Below are positions 19,901 to 29,375 of a DNA stretch of 64,000 nt, one piece after another. Position 1 is the first letter of the stretch; every line of letters begins with the position of its first letter. The notes below the pieces were generated by a model, which searched no databases, had not been told where the DNA came from, and saw only the letters and a list, made by a program, of their open reading frames with translations. Location of the stretch: contig CAWJQU010000002.1 in the NCBI GenBank assembly GCA_963845145.1, forward strand, positions 544,001 to 608,000, read 5' to 3'. The stretch comes from an uncultured delta proteobacterium. GTDB lineage: Bacteria > Desulfobacterota > Desulfobacteria > Desulfobacterales > QNYZ01. The position numbers and the translations under genes are program-made.

Positions 19901-22225
19901 ATGGAAAAAAAACAATCAAAACTGAGACGACTTTTTAAGATATTCTTTATAATAAACGTCGTTATCCTCGTTATCGCCGGTATCGCCGTGTTCGTTTACG
20001 CGGGATATCTGGCCAAGCGGATTGAGAACCGGTTTGCCGGGCGGCGATGGAATATTCCTTCGACGGTATACTCAGACAGCACCTTGCTCTACCCCGGGCA
20101 GGGGATCGATCCGGAAAGCCTGCACGCAAAATTACGCCGTCTGGGTTACCGCGATGTACCCAAGTTGCCTGAGCGAAAAGGCGAGATGCGTTTCGGTAAA
20201 ACCGACGTGACCCTCTATATGCACGACTTCAAATCGTCTATTTTTACACAAACGGGTTTTTTGATTCGCATCCGATTCAAAAACCAATTCATCCGATCCA
20301 TCATTCAGCAGCAAACAGGTGAAAACCTGCCCCTGCTCGAAATAGAGCCTGAGGAATTGATGCGCTTTTACGGCCCCGACCGTGAACGGCGCCATCTGAT
20401 TGCCATTGATAACGTCCCGCGCCACATGATCCATGCCGTCCTGGCGGCTGAAGACAACCATTTTTATAGTCACCGAGGCGTCGATATAAGCGGTATCATC
20501 CGCGCTTTTATCACCAACTTACGCGAAGGAACGATACGACAGGGCGGGTCCACGCTCACCCAGCAATTGGCCAAAAACTATTTCCTGACACCGGCACGCA
20601 CTTACCGCCGAAAATTAAAAGAAATTCTTACGGCCTTGGTGCTTGAGTTTCAATATTCCAAGGATGAGATTCTCGAAATCTATTTAAATGAAATTTACTG
20701 GGGCCAGAAAGGATCGGTTTCCGTCAACGGATTGGGAGAGGCGGCACAATTTTATTTTGATAAACCGGTGGAAGCACTTTCCCTGGAAGAAGCAGCCGTT
20801 TTGGCCGGTCTGATTAAAGGGCCCAATGCCTATTCACCCTATGTAGATGCATCTCGTTGTTTGAGAAGACGAAATAATATCCTCGTCGCCATGCACCAAA
20901 ACCGCTGGTTGGAAGAAAGCGATTTAAAAAAAGCCCTCACCCGGCCCCTAAAAGCCGCCGGATATACTGCATACCATCGTCAGGCACCCTACTTCATTGA
21001 CTATCTCACCCAGCAAATTGCCGACCTGTACCCGCCGGATGTGCTATCCAGCCTGGGCCTATCCATATTTACATCCCTGGATTCACAGGTCCAGGTAGCC
21101 GCGGAAAATGCACTGGAAAATGGACTGGCCCGACTGGAGGCGGCCAATCCGAAACTTAAGCGCGAAAAACCAGAGGATATGTTACAAGGCGCTATCATCG
21201 TCATTCAACCGAAGACCGGTTATATCCTGGCCATGGTAGGCGGACGCAATTACGGTATCAGTCAGTTCAACCGCGCCACCCAGGCCCGACGTCAGCCCGG
21301 TAGCGCTTTCAAGCCCTTTATCTACCTAACCGCGCTGTCAAAGTTTACGGCGGCGGATCTTTTGGACAATAAGCCCAGGCCCTACCCTCTGGATCAAACC
21401 ATCTGGCGCCCGAAAAATTTTAACCCCGATGCACCGGAAGTGGTGACGTTGCGGCAAGGGCTGGCGCAATCTCACAATATCGCCACCATAAATCTGGCCC
21501 TGGCCGTTGGACTCGAATCCATCGTGGGAACAGCGAGTACTTTCCAGTTTTCTACTGTCGTTAAAGCGCTGCCATCCCTTGCTTTGGGCGCTTTCGAGTT
21601 GATTCCTCTGGAGCTGGCCAGAGCCTATTGCGCTTTTGCCGCCGACGGCCTGATGCCCTTTCCCATATCCATGAAAGAGATCGTCGATGACACCAATAAA
21701 TCCATTGAAAGACGCCATGCAAACGTGCAACAATTGTTTTCACCGGCCAAGGCTTTTATAATGAACGACCTGCTTTTAAGCGTTACCACTGAAGGAACGG
21801 CGGCTTCCCTCAAAGCGAGAGGGATCGATTGGCCGGTTGCCGGAAAGACAGGCACGACCAACGAGGCCAGGGATGCCTGGTTTGTGGGCTATACGCCCGA
21901 CATATTGGCACTGGTGTGGGTCGGCTTTGACAATGGCGAGTCCATTTCATCAACCGGATCGCGGGCGGCCTTGCCGATCTGGGCTGAGTTGATGAAGGCC
22001 GTTCCTCAATATGTATCCAAAGGCTGGTTTTCCATGCCAACCGATGTTGTCAAACAGGTCATCTGTGATGAAAGCGGCAAGATAGCCATTATGAATCGCT
22101 GCCCGGTGACAAGGGATGAAGTATTTTTAGAAAATACAGCGCCGACTGATCGCTGCCCGCTTCATGGAAATCTATTCTTCAATAAATTTTTGAAAGGAGT
22201 GAAAAATCTATTCCGTTCCGACTAA
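19901..22225 (+). CDS. mrcB: Penicillin-binding protein 1B (transglycosylase/transpeptidase with UB2H domain)
   Basis: N-terminal TM, UB2H-like region, EDNHFYSH, GGSTLTQQ, RKLKE, SAFK (SxxK), SHN, KTGT. Confidence 0.9.
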   Translation: MEKKQSKLRRLFKIFFIINVVILVIAGIAVFVYAGYLAKRIENRFAGRRWNIPSTVYSDSTLLYPGQGIDPESLHAKLRRLGYRDVPKLPERKGEMRFGKTDVTLYMHDFKSSIFTQTGFLIRIRFKNQFIRSIIQQQTGENLPLLEIEPEELMRFYGPDRERRHLIAIDNVPRHMIHAVLAAEDNHFYSHRGVDISGIIRAFITNLREGTIRQGGSTLTQQLAKNYFLTPARTYRRKLKEILTALVLEFQYSKDEILEIYLNEIYWGQKGSVSVNGLGEAAQFYFDKPVEALSLEEAAVLAGLIKGPNAYSPYVDASRCLRRRNNILVAMHQNRWLEESDLKKALTRPLKAAGYTAYHRQAPYFIDYLTQQIADLYPPDVLSSLGLSIFTSLDSQVQVAAENALENGLARLEAANPKLKREKPEDMLQGAIIVIQPKTGYILAMVGGRNYGISQFNRATQARRQPGSAFKPFIYLTALSKFTAADLLDNKPRPYPLDQTIWRPKNFNPDAPEVVTLRQGLAQSHNIATINLALAVGLESIVGTASTFQFSTVVKALPSLALGAFELIPLELARAYCAFAADGLMPFPISMKEIVDDTNKSIERRHANVQQLFSPAKAFIMNDLLLSVTTEGTAASLKARGIDWPVAGKTGTTNEARDAWFVGYTPDILALVWVGFDNGESISSTGSRAALPIWAELMKAVPQYVSKGWFSMPTDVVKQVICDESGKIAIMNRCPVTRDEVFLENTAPTDRCPLHGNLFFNKFLKGVKNLFRSD

Positions 22226-22241
22226 AACGACTTTTCTGGGG

Positions 22242-22679
22242 ATGGTGTTGGTCTTTGTCATCGGATGTGCCGGCATGAAGCCTGTGACCAGCGGCAATAA
22301 ACCTGTACCAAGGCCCACTGAATCGGATCAAACGCCTTCAGAACAGATGCCATCGAACCAGCCGAAACAGCCCCAAGCGCTCACGGAAGTTCCAACCAGG
22401 AAAAACCCGCGGGCCGTGGCCGCATTGACGCTGGTTGAGCAGGGCCGCGCCTTGATCAAAGCGAAAAAACCCGACGACGCTATTCGCGTCCTAGAGCGAG
22501 CGATGAACCTGCATCCCCAAAATGGAAAGATCTATTACTATCTATCCGAAGCCTGGCTTACAAAAGGCAATATTCGGCAAGCCACGGAATATAACCGTCA
22601 GGCCGAACGATATTTTCAATCAGCCCCAGACTGGGCCGGGCGGGTATCACGGCAAAAAAAAGAAATTCAAAGCCGATAA
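22242..22679 (+). CDS. TPR lipoprotein, LpoP-like PBP1B activator (true start probably upstream)
   Basis: Lipobox VIGC, Pro/Gln-rich linker, TPR helices (AIRVLERAMNLHP); directly after mrcB. Confidence 0.7.
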   Translation: MVLVFVIGCAGMKPVTSGNKPVPRPTESDQTPSEQMPSNQPKQPQALTEVPTRKNPRAVAALTLVEQGRALIKAKKPDDAIRVLERAMNLHPQNGKIYYYLSEAWLTKGNIRQATEYNRQAERYFQSAPDWAGRVSRQKKEIQSR

Positions 22680-22713
22680 TATCAACGGTTGGTATGATGA
22701 AATGATGAAACTT

Positions 22714-22748
22714 TTTTTAAGGGGTGGGCAAAACCCACCCCTTAAAAA
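22714..22748. terminator. Bidirectional intrinsic terminator
   Basis: TTTTTAAGGGGTGGG-CAAAA-CCCACCCCTTAAAAA between convergent genes. Confidence 0.85.
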
Positions 22749-22768
22749 TCTACAATGATGATTGATTG

Positions 22769-23554
22769 TCAGGAAAGCCCCAGCGTTTTTTCAAGATCGG
22801 CGGCCACGCCCTCATCCAGATTCAACTTTTTAGCCAACTGCTGCATGTATTCTTTTTCAGCCGGCGTATCGACCTCGATGGCCAGCAGAGAAGCGGCATA
22901 AATCTGTGGCGCTAGCTGCGGTTGATGGCGTGCTTCAGCGACAAAGCCATCCAGATCCAGGGGTTTACTCATTTCGGCCAACAAAAATTCACGCGCCTCC
23001 TGGGACTCACCGGCTTCTTCCACCTTGCCCATTATCCGACGCACTTCTTGCTGATCGATCTTTCCATCCGCCTTGGCGGCACCAATCATGGCCTTCAAGA
23101 TCAATTCGGCACCTTTTTCCAGCTCCGCCTGTTGCGCGTCATCTTCCGCCTCACGAAGTCCAAGAGGAACTTCCGGTTCGCCTTGGCCGGCCTTTTTAAG
23201 TGCTTTAAATGCCATTGCGCCAAGAACGGCCATGGCCCCACCACCGAGGGCCCCTTTAAATGATTTGCCACCGCCGCCGAGTAGCGAGCCTGCCAGGGCA
23301 CCCAATCCACCCAGGGCTAGATTTTTATTTTTCCCTAAGACACGGCCGGCATCACCAAGAACGCTTTGAAGCATCCCCCCGATATCTTTACCACCACTAC
23401 CCCCCAACAGATCGGAAACTGCGCCGGAAATCCCGGATAAGACCCCCCCGGCTTTTTCGCCACCGGTGCTCAATGCGTGCTTAAGGCGATCAGTCGTGGA
23501 TTGGGACAGTCCAGCTTCCATTAGCGTCCCGACGATGTTGCTAAAATTGATCAT
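22769..23554 (-). CDS. DUF533 / TerB-like protein
   Basis: Gly-zipper N-region, LKAMIGAAKADGKID..E, QIYAASLLAIEVDT.AE. Confidence 0.85.
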   Translation of the reverse strand: MINFSNIVGTLMEAGLSQSTTDRLKHALSTGGEKAGGVLSGISGAVSDLLGGSGGKDIGGMLQSVLGDAGRVLGKNKNLALGGLGALAGSLLGGGGKSFKGALGGGAMAVLGAMAFKALKKAGQGEPEVPLGLREAEDDAQQAELEKGAELILKAMIGAAKADGKIDQQEVRRIMGKVEEAGESQEAREFLLAEMSKPLDLDGFVAEARHQPQLAPQIYAASLLAIEVDTPAEKEYMQQLAKKLNLDEGVAADLEKTLGLS

Positions 23555-23884
23555 TTTCGACTCCTTTTTTTAGAATTCCGATTGAAGTTTCAATATGCCA
23601 GGGATTCACCCAATTTAACTAGGTGTAACCGGGTGTATGCAAAGGCCCACTCCGATGAGGGGCCTGTAAAACAAGCCCGCGGTGATAGATAAAGTATTGT
23701 TAGAGCCGGATTGGTGACTACCATGCATAGTTACCATATTACCGGAAATGTCAATATCCGCGGAGGACATCAGCCACGTCAATCGAACGATCCGTCTCTT
23801 GTGAAATGAAACTGAATACGGTATTTGTTTGGGGTATTTTTTCCAAAATAAGGGTACTGCCACCAACAAAAAAGGAATCCGATA

Positions 23885-25189
23885 TTGAAAATTTATACCT
23901 ATCCTTCCAAATCTGCGGAAGCCAGATTGCATATTATAGAAAAACGGTCCGCCGGGTTTTTAAAAAAGGACATGGCCCACGTAAACCGAATCGTGGAAAA
24001 TGTTCGTAAAAACGGAGACCCGGCCGTCATTGAGTATGTCAACCGGTTTGACGCCCCTAAACTCGATATCCACTCACTGAAAGTCACGAAAGACGAATTC
24101 ACCCAAGCATTAAAGCAGCTTGACCGTCCATTTCGACGCGCTTTAAATCGTGCGGTGTCCCAAATCGATACATTTCATAAAAATCAGATCCAGCAGTCCT
24201 GGATCGACACCCACCGCCCCGGGACCATGCTCGGCCAACTGATCCACCCTGTGGACGCTGCAGGCGTCTACGTTCCCGGCGGTACCGGAGGGAACACGCC
24301 GCTGGTCTCCTCCGTGCTGATGGGCGCAATTCCCGCCAAGATAGCCGGCGTGCCGCAAATCATTATGGCCACACCACCGCAGCCCGACGGCAGCGTTCAC
24401 CCCTATCTACTGGCGGCGGCCCGAAAAGTTGGGGTGGATACGATATTTAAAATGGGAAGCGCCTGGGCCATTGCCGCGCTGGCCTATGGCACCGCTTCCG
24501 TGCCCCGGGTGGATGTAATCGTGGGACCGGGTAACAAATATGTTACGCTGGCTAAAAAAATAGTGGCTGGAACCGTGGGGATCGACATGATCGCCGGTCC
24601 CAGCGAGATTCTCGTTATTGCCGACGCCGGTGCAACACCCACATTTGTGGCCGCTGACCTTTTATCTCAGGCGGAGCATGACATCCTCGCATCGGCTATC
24701 CTCATTACCGATAGCCTACCCCTGGCCAGTGAAGTAGCAGAGGCCGTAGCAGAACAGTGCCGCCACTTGTCTCGAAGAGAAATCGCCGAAAAATCACTGG
24801 CCAAATTTGGCGCCATCATGGTCGTTCCGGATATTGAAGCCGCCGTGGAATTGGCCAACCGCATCGCACCGGAACACCTGGAGCTTCAGGTCCGTCAACC
24901 CTTTGAATATCTCAATCAAATTCGGCATGCCGGTGCGATTTTTATCGGTGACTATACACCTGAACCGGTAGGAGACTATATTGCAGGGCCCAATCATGTA
25001 TTGCCCACGGCAGGTACGGCCCGTTTCTCATCAGCCCTGTCCGTGGACCATTTTATAAAAAAAACAAGCCTCATCCACTATTCACAAAAGGCATTCCGTA
25101 AGGAGGCCAACGATATCTTACAGCTGGCCGGGGTCGAAGGACTGGAAGCCCATGCCAACTCGGTAAAGGTCCGATTGAAGAGAAAGTAA
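23885..25189 (+). CDS. hisD: Histidinol dehydrogenase
   Basis: GVYVPGG, GPGNKYV, IDMIAGPSE, DLLSQAEHD, APEHLEL, GPNHVLPT; TTG start. Confidence 0.97.
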   Translation: MKIYTYPSKSAEARLHIIEKRSAGFLKKDMAHVNRIVENVRKNGDPAVIEYVNRFDAPKLDIHSLKVTKDEFTQALKQLDRPFRRALNRAVSQIDTFHKNQIQQSWIDTHRPGTMLGQLIHPVDAAGVYVPGGTGGNTPLVSSVLMGAIPAKIAGVPQIIMATPPQPDGSVHPYLLAAARKVGVDTIFKMGSAWAIAALAYGTASVPRVDVIVGPGNKYVTLAKKIVAGTVGIDMIAGPSEILVIADAGATPTFVAADLLSQAEHDILASAILITDSLPLASEVAEAVAEQCRHLSRREIAEKSLAKFGAIMVVPDIEAAVELANRIAPEHLELQVRQPFEYLNQIRHAGAIFIGDYTPEPVGDYIAGPNHVLPTAGTARFSSALSVDHFIKKTSLIHYSQKAFRKEANDILQLAGVEGLEAHANSVKVRLKRK

Positions 25190-25222
25190 AAAAATAACCT
25201 CAAATAGAATTTAAACGGGGGA

Positions 25223-26050
25223 ATGAGAATGAAAATTTTTATTGATAGTGCCGATTTGGACGAGATTAAACAAGGTTACGCCTGGGGTGTCGCCGACGGG
25301 GTCACCACGAATCCCAGCTTATTAAAAAAAGCGGTCGAAAACCGGGTGTCCAAAGGAGATTCATTGGACCTCGAAAAGTATATTATCCAAATCCTTGAGA
25401 CTGCCAAAGGAACACCGGTCAGCCTGGAAGTAACCGAGACAACCGCCGCGGGAATGATCGCCCAAGGCAAAAAAATATACGAGCGGTTCAATCCCATCGC
25501 TAAAAATGTTTACGTTAAAGTGCCGGTGAATCCTGCCTTTAAAGATGAGGATACGACCCATTTTGACGGAATTATCGCTATCCGCACGCTGGCAGATGCG
25601 GGTATCCCCGTCAACAGTACCTTGATATTCACGCCGGATCAGGCAATGCTGGCAGCCAAAGCAGGCGCTGCTTTCGTAAGCCCCTTCGCCGGACGCATCG
25701 ATGATGACCTGCGAAAAAAAGCCGGCTTAAAATTCGACAAGACAGACTATTTCCCCGCTGACGGCATGGCTGTGGACGATCGTCTAATGAACGACAACGG
25801 TATCTTTTCGGGTATTGACCTGGTGGAACAATGTGTTCAAATCATCGAAGAGTACGGTTTTGAAACCGAAGTACTGGCGGCTTCATTAAGAAATCCCCGC
25901 CAGGTGCGCGATTCGGCCCTGGCCGGTGCCCACATTGCGACCCTGCCCCTTGGTGTCATCGGCGATATGCTCAAACACTTCCAGACCTTTGATGGAATGG
26001 CCAAATTCACCGCCGACATTGTTCCGGAATATGTGGCATTGATAAAGTAG
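25223..26050 (+). CDS. Transaldolase / fructose-6-phosphate aldolase family
   Basis: IFIDSA, GVTTNPSL, YVKVP, VSPFAGRIDD, LAASLR. Confidence 0.9.
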   Translation: MRMKIFIDSADLDEIKQGYAWGVADGVTTNPSLLKKAVENRVSKGDSLDLEKYIIQILETAKGTPVSLEVTETTAAGMIAQGKKIYERFNPIAKNVYVKVPVNPAFKDEDTTHFDGIIAIRTLADAGIPVNSTLIFTPDQAMLAAKAGAAFVSPFAGRIDDDLRKKAGLKFDKTDYFPADGMAVDDRLMNDNGIFSGIDLVEQCVQIIEEYGFETEVLAASLRNPRQVRDSALAGAHIATLPLGVIGDMLKHFQTFDGMAKFTADIVPEYVALIK

Positions 26051-26054
26051 GACG

Positions 26055-26978
26055 ATGCTTGATTCCTCTCGCCGGGCGTCGATCCGGTCTAACCTGATAT
26101 TGCGGGCCGCCGTGATCGACGCCGTGCGTCAATTCTTTCAAAAGCACAACTACCTGGAAGTTGAAACCCCGACACGGCTACCCACCCAAGCCCCCGAAGA
26201 GCATATCGAGGCCGTGCGATCAGACGGCTGGTTTCTACAAACATCGCCGGAACTCTGCATGAAGCGACTGCTGGCATCCGGCTACAGCAAAATATTCCAG
26301 ATCTGTCGCTGTTTTCGGGAAGGGGAACGCGGCCACCGGCATCTGCCGGAGATGACCCTGCTCGAATGGTATACGACCGATGCCGATTATCGGCATATGA
26401 TGGCCCAGACCGAGGCGTTGATTCGCCACGTTGCCCAATCCCTGAATATAAATCATTCTCTCCAGTACCAAAAAGATACGATCGATTGGCACACCCCCTG
26501 GCAACGAATGACGGTGGCCAAGGCATTTGAAACTTTTGGTTCCATAACCCTGGACGAAGCCCTCAATACCGACCGCTTTGATGAAATCGTCACCCTGGAA
26601 ATAGAGCCCAACTTAGGGAATCAACACCCCACCTTTCTCATGGATTACCCCGCCAAATTAGGCGCCCTGGCCCGCTTATCACCGACCGATAAACATGTGG
26701 CCGAGCGGTTTGAATTATACATCGGCGGGATTGAGTTGTGTAACGGATTCAGCGAATTGACCGATCCGGTCGAACAGCGTAATCGTTTTGAGGACGCGAA
26801 CCAGCAAAGGGCCACAGCTAAAAAACCACCCTACCCCATGCCGGAAAAATTTCTCGGTGCTTTAAAAAAGATGCCCCCCGCCGCAGGCAATGCCCTGGGG
26901 TTGGATCGACTCGCGATGCTCTTTGCCGACACGAATCAAATTGATGATGTCGTGGCATTTATTCCCGAGGAGTTATGA
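26055..26978 (+). CDS. epmA: EF-P lysine aminoacylase (GenX/PoxA)
   Basis: LEVETP, LQTSPELCMKRL, HLPEMTLLEWY, AERFELY, ALGLDRL; no anticodon-binding domain. Confidence 0.93.
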   Translation: MLDSSRRASIRSNLILRAAVIDAVRQFFQKHNYLEVETPTRLPTQAPEEHIEAVRSDGWFLQTSPELCMKRLLASGYSKIFQICRCFREGERGHRHLPEMTLLEWYTTDADYRHMMAQTEALIRHVAQSLNINHSLQYQKDTIDWHTPWQRMTVAKAFETFGSITLDEALNTDRFDEIVTLEIEPNLGNQHPTFLMDYPAKLGALARLSPTDKHVAERFELYIGGIELCNGFSELTDPVEQRNRFEDANQQRATAKKPPYPMPEKFLGALKKMPPAAGNALGLDRLAMLFADTNQIDDVVAFIPEEL

Positions 26979-27124
26979 TAAACATCAAGCAAGTACTAAC
27001 GTAGAATTCGTTCACGACGCAGCCTAAGCCGCGCCGTGAAGGTTATTTGCCAGAGGCTGACCTGACTTGAACCCGGTATTTGTAACCCGGTTTAATTAAA
27101 AATGGCCAACTCACTCGTTTGAGC

Positions 27125-27538
27125 TTATTTTTCATCCACCGGAAACTTGGCCCGGGACCATTCTCGCCAACCGCCCTTAAGTGCATGAACATCGGTGAAC
27201 CCTTTTTCCATCAACTTCCGTGCCGCACCGGCACTGGTGTATTCATTGGGTCAGGCGCAATAGAGCACCGTCGTTTTAGTCTTATCCGACTTTTCCGCCC
27301 AAGCACTGATATTTTTTGTGTCAACCCGCTGGGCGCCCTGGATTTTAAATTCACTTGAATTCCAATCCCGGCCTTGACGAACATCCAAAACCACAACATC
27401 CCCTTTTTCCATGTATTCACTTAATGTTTCCTTGGTCATCAAGGGTACATCCGCAGCGATGGTCAATGGAACGACCGTTGCCAGGATTAACGTCAACGCA
27501 CTTGCCATAAGAATAACTTGTCGATTTAACTTAAACAT
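27125..27538 (-). CDS. Selenocysteine-containing rhodanese-like protein (137 aa, YCA-U-P)
   Basis: In-frame TGA at 27251-27253; frame continues PNEYTSAGAARKLMEKGFTDVHALKGGWREW to TAA at 27125; signal peptide, VVLDVR. Confidence 0.85.
27220..27234 (-). promoter_or_regulatory. Putative bacterial SECIS hairpin
   Basis: GUGCCG-GUG-CGGCAC starting 16 nt after the UGA, with G in the apical loop. Confidence 0.65.
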
Positions 27539-27587
27539 TATCGTTTCTCCTCTCTTGATTGCTTTTAGAAAAAAATATCCGTCGCCG

Positions 27588-28877
27588 TTACCAACGGTTA
27601 GGTGGAAATTTTGCTATCCACCCCATGATCATGAGCGAAATACCCATAACCAAAGGAATGGCAACCAGCAGAAATGCCATCATCCGTGGTTCCGGTTCCA
27701 TTGCGGCCATTCCGCCAATAGTCAATGCTAAGCCGATCAGGGCAAGCCATGGCATCAGCCCGGCTGCCTTTCCATCATGATGGTTAAAAGATGCTGCCTC
27801 CAGACGCGTCAAACGCCAGGCGGTCAAATTCACCGCGCCGTAATGGATCAGCCAAAAGATCACACCAACGCGGATGAAGGTCTCCAGGACAGGATCCCCG
27901 GCCCAACCGCCTGCCATAGCCAAAGCCGTAACCAAACATAAAATGATAAGTGCGGGTATTGTTCCCCGACGGATCGATTTTTCCGAACCCTCCGTGGCGG
28001 TCAGTTTGTCCACTGGTTTCAACAGCTTGGCCAGTATTTGGCTGACGCCATACAGCAGCCCATTGACCGCAGCGAAGACACCCGCAATGACAATAACGCC
28101 CATGATGATTCGCCCGGTTTGACCCAGCAGTGCACGGGCAATGACCATATGGGCAATGGTGGTGTTGGCCAGTTTGGCTTGGGGAACCCGGCTCAAACCG
28201 ATCCACCCCCAACATGCCAAAAGACTCCCACCGAATAAAATGGCCCAAAGAATAGCCGGCCAAGGAATACGCTTTGGCGGCATCGATGCCAAAAGGCCGT
28301 AAATGGCCAGATCAAATCCGATTACCGCGACAACCCCAGACACCAGATAGGCCGGGGAACCATTTAACGTGAACGCAGGGTTTTGGATCATTGTGTTTGA
28401 AGCCCACAAAGCGCTTACCGATAAAGCGAGTATTCCCATAGCAATGACAGCCACGGCACCGATTTGACCCACCGCCACGGCTCTTTGCCCCAGTAAATTA
28501 ACGCCCATCACAACACCCAAAAACAAATAAGCAAATGCAAAGTTGGGAAACCAGTAAACAAAAACCTCATTGAAAACAAACCCGGCGGAAACCAGCAACC
28601 CTGTTGATGCGCCCACGGCCAGGGGCACCTTGCCGCACAGGAGAATCAGCTTCGCCGCCGTCAAACCCCAAAATCTTTGAAACGCACAAAGTTCGCCGCC
28701 CCGTTGGGGAGAACCAGCTAAAATTTGGCGAAAACTGCGAAGGGTCGCCCACTGTATCCCCACCCCGAAGACCAAAGCGGGAAAAGCCAACAGGCCAACG
28801 TGTCCCAACGCATTACCCCAAAGATTGAGGGCATCGGGCGTAAACATCAATCCACATGCTAGCGCGAAGGTGAACAA
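27588..28877 (-). CDS. APC-superfamily amino-acid permease-like membrane protein (divergent)
   Basis: About 11-12 hydrophobic segments, GFVFNEVF, GVNLLG, FAAVNG; start may be ATC at 28901. Confidence 0.7.
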   Translation of the reverse strand: MFTFALACGLMFTPDALNLWGNALGHVGLLAFPALVFGVGIQWATLRSFRQILAGSPQRGGELCAFQRFWGLTAAKLILLCGKVPLAVGASTGLLVSAGFVFNEVFVYWFPNFAFAYLFLGVVMGVNLLGQRAVAVGQIGAVAVIAMGILALSVSALWASNTMIQNPAFTLNGSPAYLVSGVVAVIGFDLAIYGLLASMPPKRIPWPAILWAILFGGSLLACWGWIGLSRVPQAKLANTTIAHMVIARALLGQTGRIIMGVIVIAGVFAAVNGLLYGVSQILAKLLKPVDKLTATEGSEKSIRRGTIPALIILCLVTALAMAGGWAGDPVLETFIRVGVIFWLIHYGAVNLTAWRLTRLEAASFNHHDGKAAGLMPWLALIGLALTIGGMAAMEPEPRMMAFLLVAIPLVMGISLMIMGWIAKFPPNRW

Positions 28878-29046
28878 TGCCGTTGGGATTGAAGTTTGGA
28901 TGTTTGACCTCCTGTGTTGGTAAATTACTATTTTGAATACTTGTCGCCGAAAGGTAATATTCCTTACAATTGAAATAATAAATATGGCCCGTATTGCCGG
29001 AGAAGAATTATTCGTATAATATGATCATCAAAAACATGATTTCACA

Positions 29047-29074
29047 CTTTTGATGGCTTTTTACGATTTCATCA
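29047..29074 (-). repeat. Isolated end of the 15900..16064 element
   Basis: Reverse complement TGATGAAATCGTAAAAAGCCATCAAAAG matches 15900..15927 at 26/28. Confidence 0.7.
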
Positions 29075-29319
29075 CTTTTGGCATGCGATTAAATGAGAAT
29101 TTTTATCATGATCAATCTGAGCCGGTCTAAAAAACCAAGCTCAAATAGAGAGGTCCTGGAAACTCACATTGAATTGGCTTTAAGAGTCGCCCCGCTTCCT
29201 ATGGGTAAATAGATAATGCATTCCATAATATTCATGAAATTCTTTTCTCATTTCAATCAATTAAATGCCGATTTCTTTTTAACCTATCGAAATAAAATAG
29301 TATTTTATTGTTAAGACCA

Positions 29320-29335
29320 TGGCATACATATTGCT
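29320..29335 (+). promoter_or_regulatory. Sigma-54 (-24/-12) promoter
   Basis: TGGCATACATATTGCT with exact GG-N10-GC spacing; GGAG and ATG follow at 29361 and 29376. Confidence 0.75.
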
Positions 29336-29375
29336 TTATTTGTATCCAAAAATAACCATTGGAGAAAATACCGTA

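Noticed and set aside
23560..23880. Riboswitch or His attenuator upstream of hisD
   Set aside because: Two hairpins are present (AGGCCC..GGGCCT, TGGTGACTA..TAGTTACCA), but there is no His-rich leader peptide and no riboswitch consensus I can match.
29319..29375. N-terminal extension of the hypothetical protein from ATG 29319
   Set aside because: No SD, and it overlaps the sigma-54 box; ATG 29376 has GGAG upstream.
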